Source: Lytechinus pictus (Eukaryota). From it: a DNA stretch of 64,000 bases. The number at the start of each line of letters is the position of its first letter. The stretch's first letter is position 1. The notes below the pieces were generated by a model. That model was given only the letters and a program-made list of their open reading frames with translations. It was not told the DNA's origin and did no database searches. A program made the translations under genes and the position numbers. Positions 50,301 through 62,300 of the stretch are shown here, one piece after another. The stretch lies in NCBI RefSeq assembly GCF_037042905.1, contig NW_026974141.1:8804001-8868000 (forward strand), written 5' to 3'.

Positions 50301-53300
50301 TCTTGAACTTCTGGCGCTCCCGTACTGGTCGCAAGGAAGAAAAGAGCGGCAAGGGACGCTACGAGCAGTGGGAGCAAGATGCTGACTTGGCCGACCTTGG
50401 ACCACGAGGGCTCTTCAAAGAATACCTTGAGATGGGTACGTAAACGGCCTGGGGCCCATTTGATAAAGAGTTACAACCATTGTAACTTTACCATTTTGGC
50501 CACTACCATGGTAGCATGGCTCCGCAGCCAATTACAATGAAGAATTTCACGGTAGTCACAGTAACGACATATTTGAATTATGTGTAAATCCTTGTGAAAT
50601 AGGCCTGTGGGGACTAATTTTTTTTTAATAGTATAACAAGGCCAAAGGTTATGAGAGGTATTCTAAACTTAAATTTAAACTCTGGTCTAAAGATGTGGTT
50701 TATGGATAGTCATAAGTAATAAGCAATTGTGACAGGTTCTCTCTCAGTACAAGTTCCACTTGTCAGCTCATTTGATACTCAAATAATTCATAACTGACTG
50801 GGAATAGTTACTGAAATGATTCCCTATATCACTGAACCATGAGTAAAAAGCCATGTAAATGCATTTTGAAATGTTTGGCTTCCCTTAATATTAATACAGT
50901 TAGACCATGGCCTAAGTTAAATGGGACTTTAGAGTACGGGCCTTTGAGAATAATGTAATGATAGGGTTTGTGTCATCAGACTAGGCCTCATTACTTTTTA
51001 CAATACGAAACATAAGGATTCAGATTGAATTCCACCCATCGAGCAGCTCGGCCGGTGCGGTGCATTGCATAAATCCATGCTCTCCTCGGTTAGGAGTAGT
51101 GGCACAGATTGAGAAGAGACTTAAAATATGATAAAAAGCATAAAGACAGCATTCCCCATCTCCCATAGGTGGTGTTCTTTATCTCATTTATTTGACTATC
51201 TGTTTCTCATTCCTCTTCTCTTCTGATTTTCAGTTGTTCAGTTTGGTTTCTCAACCATCTTCGTGGCTGCTTTCCCCCTTGCCCCTCTCTTCGCTCTTCT
51301 CAACAACCTTATCGAGGTCCGTCTCGATGCCTACAAATTCATCTCTCAGCTTCGACGACCCGTCGCCAAGCGGGCTCAAGATATCGGTAAGAGCAGATCA
51401 TTTGCTAACATGTGAATGGGAATTTAAGATTAATATTCTGTTTAAAAGGGAATTATTTTCATTTTGTACCAGAAAAGTTACCTGTCAATTATTACTAAAT
51501 CCACAATAATCAAAAGTTCGTGAATACAGTACATGGTGTGAATTTGTGATTCACTTTGCGCACTGAACAAGAAATTCTACTTCTTTTTCAGTGATGTGAT
51601 ACTAAACATTGTCCGGTCTACTCATACTCATACCATAGCTAGTGCTAGTCTAGTGGCAATAACTTTCGCACTGTGTGCTCGATGTCCTCTTATATTTTGA
51701 GGCGGTACATGTATCATTGTAAAACTTGCTACTCGTGTCATCCCTCTTGCTCTATACTATTCTTTCCCTCAAGCTACTGGAAGTTACCGGAAACAGCGTA
51801 AGCTACATCCCGGAACTTATGGTTATTGCCGATTGCGAGAATTTGTGCATGACCCTAAACTCTCATGAATTGACCTCTAGTATCGAATCATGATATTTCC
51901 CTTTGTTTATGTAAATTACGTTTCATTTAAACAGCGAAAGGTGAGCTCTTGTACCTAAAGGTTAAAGAGTAGTAGTAGTTGCAGCAAACAATTATTTCAT
52001 GAAAAAGTCTTTCAGGTTAATTGTTCCCATATTGTCATATATCTAGATCTTGTATATTAATGTAATCTTATATTTGTGAAATCATGAAATCTTTGCTCAA
52101 AACCAATAATTCTGATGATCACTAACATAGAAAAGCATATGTGGGACAGTTTATTAATATTGCTCGGTAAATTACCTGATATTTGATCGAATTCCCTGCT
52201 TATTTTGCTCATTTCTCAGCAATTACTAATTTTCTTCCAGACCCACTAGGCACATATTTTTTATTCATACATATAAACACTTGGGTTGTAGATTTATTGG
52301 ATTCTCTTCAAACTCATTTTGAGATCGTTACCGCAACTGGTATTAATCTTTAACTTTTATTTAATCTTTTTTATGTTTTTACTTTTCAGGTGCTTGGTAT
52401 GCAATCCTAGTTTCCATTGGAAACCTGTCTGTCTTGACTAATGTAAGTATATACGTTCAACCAGGGAGCGGAGGGTGTTTAACAGAGATTTAAGTATGGC
52501 TTAGAGTCGCACTTAAATTCCTAGTTGTGTGCGTTAGAAAAGGCATGACCGCATTTGTTAGATCATGCCAAGAGGACGTGCACTACTGCATATTTTTAGC
52601 TCATCCGGCCCTTTGGGCCGGATGAGCTTATCACGTGGCGTCCATCATCTGTCATCCGTCCACAATTTCAGAATGCTTCTTCTTCGTCATTTCAAGTCTG
52701 TTTGCTTTAAATGATAGCTCTAGGTGGGGGATTCAAAACTTATACACAGAATTTTGAAACTAATTAAATATGCTAATTTTTGCGAATTTTTCCAAGTTCA
52801 CAAAAAATGCTTCTTTATTTTTTGACTGATTTTGATTTTTTTGCCTCCATCTGGTAAAGTTTTTTTAAGAGGTTCACCTGACTTCTACCAAGGAGGTTTC
52901 AAATGAGATTGAGTAACAACAAATAAAATCCCTTTGAACAAGGTTAAAAACCGCCTGCAGAAAGTATGTCAGGCATGCACTTTGCTCAACATTTCTTGCA
53001 ATTGTGTAGACAAACAATTCCCGCATGACTCCGCAGCTATAGGTCATATATAAAGGGAAATATGCTATTGTGATGATAATTACTTTTTCGCTGCATCTTC
53101 TACACAGAATTTTGAAATTTCGAGTAGAAAATTATTTATGCTAATTTATGCGAAATCTCAGAAAAAAAACTTTTTCCCCTTCATTTGTTGATCGATTTCA
53201 ATTTTGTTTGCTTGATATGATACTGTAGCTCTAGGTGGGGATACTAAATTTCACAGAATTTAGAAACTCACTAAATATGCTAATTTATGCATATTTCTCA

Positions 53301-56300
53301 AAACTCACAAAAATGCTTCTTATTTGTTTACTGATTTTGATTTTTTTTTGTTCCATCTGAGAGCCTCATGAAGTTCACCAATTTCAATTTTGTTTCCTCA
53401 ATTATGTCACCAATATAATTCACTACAGTGTCAACTGGGCTAAATTAAAAAATTGTGTGAAAATTTGTTGCGAGATGCCGGATAAGCTCCACATCATTGA
53501 TGTGCTGGTTCAATAAGCTTGCGCGTTGCATATCATATTCGCGTCGTCAGTCGAGTGCAACACAAAGTCATACTTAAAACATTGTAAAACACTCCCCTAT
53601 GGTACATGTATGTTTCACAAAGAGCCAAGTTTGAATACTATTGGTCATTTTGCTCCCCTTCAGAGGATTTATCTTGTAATATTGACGGTTTTAAATGTTT
53701 TTTGTTTGTTTACAGGCACTCGTCATTGCTTTTACCTCTGAGTTCATCCCCCGTCAAGTTTATAAATATTACTACAGTGGCGAAGAAAACAGTCTTGTTG
53801 GCTACAACAATTGGTCATTTTGCTCCTCTTCAGAGGATTTATCTTGTAATATTGACGGTTTTAAATGCTTTTTTTTTTTTTTTACAGGCACTCGTCATTG
53901 CTTTTACCTCTGAGTTCATCCCCCGTCAAGTTTATAAATATTACTATGGTGGCAAAGAAAACAGTCTTGTTGGCTACAACAACTGGTCACTTTCCTATTT
54001 CCAGACCAAGGATTTCCAGGAAGATTCGAAGCCTTCTGATCCGTCTTACCCAAGGGTTGAACCAGATGACCCGAACTATGGTCTTAACGTCTCTATGTGC
54101 AGGTAAAAGATGAAGCTGACTCTACAAAAAAGATGAGTTTGGTATAAAGCATTGTCTTGAGAAGAATTTCTAGAAACAGAGTACTGGTAGTCCGTCTGAT
54201 CGATTCTAATGTTGAAAATCGCTTTAAAAAAAAAATTAAAAAAGAAGAAAAATACACTGTTAACCAAACTTATCTTTTAAGGTTTCTTCATTGAAATGAT
54301 GCCATGATATGAAGTAATAATTTTTTTGATAGGTGAAAGTTTGAACAATATCAGACAAACAATAAGAAAGTTATGAATTTTAACAGTTGTAAATATTGGT
54401 AATCATTATACTCATGGAGACTTTAAATTGGGCGCATAGCAGATGTCATAGTGATGTAAGGCAAGGACTCCTCGTCCATTGTACTCCAATACATAAAATG
54501 GCAAAAAAAATTCTTCAAAGGTTTTACTTTAAATAATATTTATCTTTAATGAGGATATAAAACAACATACTTCCATAGTTATATTTAGATAACTGCCCCA
54601 GGGGCCCCCTGATAATTAAGTACACGGGCTATGGGAAAGTTGTCCTTGCCCCTTGTCATAATCTACTCACCCTGTTGCCAATTTGAAATCGACATAGTCT
54701 AAGGGATCTTAAATTTAAAGCAGCGGTAACTTTCTTATTGCTCATCCGATTCCCTTCAGACCTTAACCATTTGGTTTTATTATTTAATTTTTCTCCTTTC
54801 CACACAACATTTTATGACCAAGGCTGGACTCACCTTTCATTCCTCATTTAAAGGGGAATCCAGCTTTGGCCATAAAATGTTGTGTTGGGAAGGAGTAAAA
54901 TAAATCAAACAAAATGGCGAAAGTCTGAAAGAAATCGGACAAGCAATAAGAAAGTTATACATGTAGCTGCTTTAAAATTGAGATCACTAATACTACGTAG
55001 ATTTCAAATTGGCAACTGGGTAAGTAAATTATGACAAAGGGCAAGGACAACTTTCCCATAGGCCATGTACTTTATTATCAGGGATTTGTGGTTTTCTCCC
55101 AAGTACCAATTCCCCTGGGGCAGTAATCTACATTTGTAAATATAACCCAGGTACATGTAGTATATTGTTTTATGTCCTCATGAAAGAAAAATATAATTTG
55201 AAATAAAACTTTTGGGAAAAATGACATTTTAGCCATAATATGTATTGGAGTACATGGTAGTCCTTGCCTTACATCACTAGGACATCCCATATGCGGCCAA
55301 TTTGAAGTCTCCATGGGGATAGTGATTACCAATATTTACAACTTTTAAAGATTCATAACTTTCTTGTTGTTTGTCCAATATTGTTCAAACTTTCACTTAT
55401 CAACTTGTCTGATTTTTCTTTTCCTTATAAAAACAAGTTTTTATTTGGGTTGGATTCCCCTTTAAGTGGAGTCGGTCATTTTCATTTTGATTTGGATTCT
55501 TTCAGATACCGTGGCTACTACGATGAGAATTACGAGGTTACTTTGGACTACTGGCTTATAATCGCGATCAAGCTGGCCTTCATCTTGCTCTATGAGGTAA
55601 GTATTGTACCCAAATATCAAATAGTAGCTTCCCATTTAATGTACCGTCACTGTGATAAAGAGACTGTTCGATTTCTTTTTAGAGAGGGTGATGCTGTGAG
55701 ATAATTTTGTTTTCCTTTTTTGTTTAAATCGCAAATAGAGCCATCAGGCTTGTACAGCACCTCAAAACTTGAAATTGATCTTGCAAGTGAAAGTAATTTC
55801 TCTTAATTCTTTGGTATTATTAGTCATAAGGGTACATAGGGTTTATTGTACAACAGGGCTCCATAACTGAAAGGGATGCTTCAGGCTGAAAATAATATGA
55901 TTTGAATAAATAAAGCAAAATCAGGCAAACAAAAGACTGAAAATTTGATCAAAATCGTACAAGGAATAACAAAGATATGGTATTTTAAAGATATATATAT
56001 GCATTATTCCAGTAAAATAATTCTAGGCATGTCGTCATGCCTACTCAATGAGCAATCTGATGATGTCATATCCCCACTTGTTCTTTTGTATTTTATTATA
56101 TGAAATTAGGTTTATTCAATTTTTTCCTCCGAGAATTGAAAATATTGGAACGACAACTGATTCAGTACATTTGATATTATTGCTGCAACTTATTTCATAA
56201 GAGGAGAGACATAACATTCACACATGTATAAAAAAATCAAACAAATATGATTTCATGTAATAAGATAAGAAAAGGAAAGTGGGGATTTGACATCATCAGC

Positions 56301-59300
56301 CCACCTAATGAATATTCATGCCGACGGCATGTAACCGTTTTCACAATATATTGCCGAACTTTAACTTTCAATAACTTCGCTATTTGTAATCAGATTTTGA
56401 TGGAATTTTCTGCATTTTGCTCTATTTATTTACATATGAATATTTCCAGCAGAATATCCCTTGAAAGCTTAGTGATTAGTGAAGGCAAATATTTATAAAT
56501 GATCATACACCCCCATCTTATTGTTATGATTTTGAGTAATTTGTTTTTGCATTTTCTTTCAATTGGTTGAAGTAAGGTCAGCAGATATAAATGATATGGA
56601 TTAAAATGTCTTGCTGAGAAATACATGGAAATGCGATTTATTACTTAGTTGAGGCATAGGTTTATCATACGGTGACACAACATTTGCTCCGGTCTTAATA
56701 TTTCAGAGTGCATAGGGTTAGAGTTATGATTGTATTAGAGTATTTGGTTCAGAATAATGTAAAGATAAGGATTAGGGTTTAATTAGTTTTGGAGGTTAAG
56801 ATTTTATGTATGGCTTAACATGCAGATTTTCCATCTGAGCAAGCGTCGCTAGAGCAAATGTCATGGAACCATATCATATACATGTACATGTATTAGGCTA
56901 TTTCATGATAATTGCTGATATTGGTGTGGTGTCTTTGGGGGTTTTTATGGGCTACTTACTGTGGTGTTTGGATGCTAATACAAGGGATGTAGACAAGGTG
57001 GTATTTTGGAGTCACAAGGTCGCGGGACAGAGCCTTTATCCATAGACTTTGTACATGTAACTCGGGCCAAGGCCAAGGTACAGGTTGGCTAAATGTGGTC
57101 TCGAGGCTGGTTTGGACTACATCTCTCGCTAATACCTATGCGGAGCTACTCCTTAGAGTGATTTTGTCTCTTTACTTGGAAGTCTTTTGAAAGTGTGATG
57201 CGGTAGTAGGAGGAACACTTACCAGTAGTAAACATCCACCATTTGCCCCTCCTGCTTTTAAGGTTTCCCATATGTACAGTATGTTTGTTCTCATTGCCTT
57301 TGAATAAAGAGTCTTGAAAAATCACCCACTGAATAATTATGTAGATATACTTGGTAATAACTTGGCAAAATATATGAAAATACTAATAAATATTTATATG
57401 AATGTATCAAAGGTGAAGGGTTAAAAAGTAAGAAGAGAATACAATTCTTCTTATAGCTTGAGCCAGGAAACTGGTGTTCCCCAGGGATCAATCATAGGTG
57501 CACTTATATTTTTTGAAAGATCATGTGCTATAATTTTATAGAAAAATAGGTTTTGTTTTACTCACAATAATTGTCAGGTCACATCTACTAAAATGCTACT
57601 CATTTTCATCAAACACTCACAGCTCACATTGTTGCCTCTCAGAGTTATTTGCTCATTGTATCTTGTTGATAATGTGTGCTCATATTCCAAACACATGCCA
57701 ATTCAATACAAAAGCAAGTGCACCTGCCATAATTCATGTTCCTGTATATGTGTTAATGCTCCAATACATTAAACTTTGTCCTTTTTTGTTGCAATTGTCA
57801 TGTCTAAATTCATGGACATTTTAAAACTTGTCCTTTTTCAAATCAGATGTATTCATCATGTTTCAAATGTCATTGTTTGTATATTTAATTCTGCATGAAG
57901 TTATTATTATTATTATTATTATTTTTATTTTATTCGGCAATTAAAAATACATAAATTGTAGTACAATACAAATCACACAAACAATAGGACATAGGTGACA
58001 TAGTACAAACGACCTGGAATAGAGATGAAGGGGCTGCCTGGGTTTGGAAAAGGTAAACTGAATTACCATGGCCCACAGGCCTTCCTTCCCACACCCCTTA
58101 ACCTTAACTACATGTATGCATAATACGCATTTATAAAGCATAAGCTGTTTCCATTTTCTTGTACAAATTATGCCAAGGAGACTTCTGATATGGTTTAAAA
58201 TAAGAGGAAATGTGATGAATTTTGTTGTGGAAAAATTATTGAATTCTTAAGACACATATGCCTGTTGCAAGATGCTAATAAATAGTTTGTGTGGAAAAAA
58301 GAATTTACTGAAATTAATTTTCTTTAGTTCCTTTGTAGATTCCGTAGTAGATTCCTTTATACCTTTATTTATTATAATAAGTAATGATGGTAATAAACAT
58401 AAATTTGTGTAGCATTTCAAACAATAAAGCATTACAACGGTCCATGTACTTGTAATCGGAGCATTTATCACCAATCTTCTTGCTGCGTATTATCATCCAT
58501 AACTTTGCCTATGGGCTGTATAGTGTAGTTTGCAATACATGTTTAACTCTTGAGTCTAAATGATGATAGATGTTGAATCTGAAAATAACAAACTTGCTAA
58601 ATGTAGGTCCTTGTGTTTGTATATATGTAAAACTTCTAGTCCTTATCATTATATCTCTTACTTCTGGTACTAATAATAACACTTGTCTGAAGTCTTCTTT
58701 CGAAGAATGATTCCTTGTCAACTGAAGACCATATCATAATACAACACTAATTTTTATTAATGATAACTAATCTCCTTGTCATTCATGTTATATCCTGTTT
58801 AATATCTTACCAAAATGATGACTGCAGAATTTTCCTTTTTTTTTTGCATTTCAGAGTTTTTGATACCATAATTTGGTTGAGCATGCATACCTCCATATGA
58901 TCCCAAATTTGGTGGGAATTAGTCCATGGAAATCCAAGATATGACCTCATGAATACATAATCAGCCCATTAATGTATTATTGGCCTTGTTCTAAATGTTA
59001 TGAACCATTAATTAACTTTATTGCCCAGGATAATTACGTATTCATGAGGTCATATTTTGGGGCACTCATGAGCCAATTCCCACAAAATCCTGGGTGTGGA
59101 GGTATTTCGTAGAGGTGTTGTTGCTTAGTGGATAAGTCTCCAGACTTTAAACCACAAGGTCCTAGGTTCCAATCCCACCACAGCGCTCCCGTCCTTTGGC
59201 AAGGCGTTTACCTATATTTGCCACTCTTCACCCATGTGTAGTAAATGGGTACCCGGTAAGAAGGAATTCCTTGAATGCTCGAGCGCCCGATCAGGGTAGC

Positions 59301-62300
59301 CGTGCTAAAGCCGGGGTAATAGTATGCAGCATTTAGGAACATTTGTGTTAAGCGCTATATAATTGTTGCATATTGTTATTATTATTTCACAATGCGTTAC
59401 CAAAATATGGTATAAAAAAATTCTGAAATGCAAAAACTGAATATTGATGATGTCACACTTTGGTTCTCCATACTAACCTTCGTTATTGCATGGAATTATT
59501 ATCAACTGTAAGATATTCAAATTCATTAACTATCCAGCTTACTAATTTTCATACCTATCAGATTATTATCATGAAATTTACAGACTTCTAATCCATTTTT
59601 TAATTAAAATGGAAAAAAGGGGAAAAAAATCAAGTTATATATAAAAGAGAAGACATTTCAAACTAGGATGCCATTAGCTGTGTCATGTCCTTTGTATTTA
59701 AAAGAATGAACAAATTTGCTATGATAGTCCAACATTTCTCATCTTATGTAAAAGAAAAGACATTTTGTTGCATTCCATTTTGTTGTATCATGAAATAGAA
59801 ATGTCAGTTGTTCTTTCTAGATCTTTTTTCTTGTTTTCCAATTTATTAAATCTCTTTCTCTTTCAATTAAAAATAAGTCTTTTGTGTGCCTTTCCCATTC
59901 AATGTTTGTTATGTTTCCCCTTTTATTACCTGTGTGCTCGCTCATTAACTTTTTGTGTTTTCTTTTCTCACTTTCATTGTCTCTCTTCCTACATGTATCT
60001 CTCTTTCACTCTGTTTCGACAGCTCTCACATTATTAAACTTTTGTTGTTGTTGATTTCTTTCACTTTTTGATCTACCTTTTTAATGTCTTTTCCCCCTAT
60101 TTCTTTCCCTTTTTAGCCTCCTGCTCCTGTCTTTTCTGTTCTCTTTTCTCAAATTTCTCTTAAAATTTGTCACCATCCCGATATATGTTTGTTCCTGTTA
60201 TCTATCTATCTACCTACCTACCTATCTCTTGCTCTCTCGCTCTACTTTTTTTTTTCTCTTTTACAGCTTGTACACACTCTTTCTTTTACTGTTCATGTGT
60301 ACTATGAACGAATGTTGTCAGTCTATTTCATTATTTATTTTATTCCCACCCCCTCTTCACCTTCTCTCTCTCTCTCTTTCTCTATATCTGCCTATCATTT
60401 CGATTCTGTCCTAGAGATTGTTCCCAGTACTCTCTTTCAGTGCTAAACTATACCTGTAACCTTTCTCTATTTTCCACTCTGTAAACTCCTCCTGAACGTA
60501 ACAGACCTCTTCTTTTGTCTATGTCAGCCTCTTTCATTATCTGTCTTGGTCCTACCTCTCCCTCTCTTTTTCTCTCGCTGTCTCTCTGTTTCCTCTTTGT
60601 ATCTTTACTTGCCTTATCATTTTGGTCCTGTCCTGGAGGACATACCCTCTCTCATTGTACCTATATCCTTTCTATATTTCCACTCTGTAAACTCCTCCCG
60701 AATGTGACACACCTCTTCTTTTCTCAGTCTCTTTCATTATTTGCCTTTCTCCTGCTTCTCCCTCTCTTCTTTCTCTCTCGCTGTCTCTCTGTTTCCTCTT
60801 TGTATCTTTACTTGCCTTATCATTTTGGTCCTGTCCTGGAGGACATACCCTCTCTCATTGTACCTATATCCTTTCTATATTTCCACTCTGTTAACTCCTC
60901 CCGAACGTGACACACCTCTTCTTTTCTCAGTCTCTTTCATTATTTGCCTTTCTTCTGCTTCTCCCTCTCTTCTTTCTCTCTCGCTGTCTCTCTGTTTCCT
61001 CTTTGTATCTATACCTGCCTTATCATTTTGGACCTGTCCTGGAGGACATGCATGTACCCTCTCTCAGTGTACCTATATCCTTTCTCTATTTTCACTCTGT
61101 AAACTCTTCCCGAATGTGACAAACCTCTTTTTTTGTCAGTCCCTTTCATTATATGCCTTGCTCCTGCTTCTCCCTCCCCTTTTGCTCTCTCTGTCTCTCT
61201 ATCTTTCTCTTCTAATCTTTACCTGCCTCTTACTTCGATTCTGTCCAAGAGATTGTACACGCTCTCATTCTGTGTGAATTCGTATAACCATAATATACCC
61301 TCTCTTCACCTTCTGTAGCATCTCGTCTTATTCATCAAGTTCTTTGTGGCCTACATCATTCCCGACATGCCCGATTTCGTCAAGAACCAGATCAAGCGCG
61401 AGAACTACCTAGCCCAGCAGGCCTTGCGCACGGCCTTGGTAGAGAACCGGGGCAAGAGCAAGAAGATGGTCCCGCCCGGCGGACCTGAAGACTCCTCCGG
61501 CGCTTCCGGCCCCGTCGAGCCCTAAACCGGCTTCCCGTCGCCACGACTACGCATCATCCATCAGCGATCTTCACTATCATCGCGTCTGCATCCACTCATT
61601 TCAAACCAGAGCATATCTTTCTAAATCCGACTTGCCTCGTACACGACAGTGGCCTCTGTGGAGCTATTCACTTCCTCATAGAACATATTTCGTACTGTAT
61701 TTTATATATAGCCCCCTCTATAGACCAAAACTGTCAGTAGTGATGGTTGTTCATATTTTTCTGTCATAGCTGTTTTCTGTCATTCTTGTATATATCAATA
61801 CCTGACTTTGTATTGTACCATATTCTGTATCATTTAAAAAAAGTGTTAAAGCTTTTACATATATATCATTTACTTTTATACTTTCCGTACCCTATTTCTT
61901 TGAATGCTGTGTCTCGATTCAGAATTAGAACAAGAATCCATGTTCAGTGTTATTTCTGTTCTCATTCTTCATAAGAAAGTTTGATTCTTGAAATATGCAT
62001 GTGACTTTCCTAACAGGGTTTCACCTTCTAAATCTTGTTATTAACAAGTGTTCTCGAATTGACGTTTCTACATTTAATTGATCAAAACATGTGTTATACT
62101 AGCATTTCATAAGAGGCTTGACTTTTGAATAATGGAAATATTGATATATGTTGTATCATGTAATTATGCTCTATGCACTTAAGAACGAAAGGAGAGAAAA
62201 ATCATCATCAGTTGCTGCTTCACCTATTTTGTCATGTGGTAATGTGTTTGCAATCATCTTTACCCCTATTTACCCCTTATTTCACTCTCACTTGGCATAA

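Noticed and set aside
53716-53815. Duplicated exon half as another mutually exclusive exon
   Set aside because: It has no donor of its own and the 172-nt period breaks frame; reported instead as a decoy acceptor.
60515-61318. Hydrophobic 131-178 aa ORFs
   Set aside because: Arise from the stop-poor CT-rich tandem repeat.
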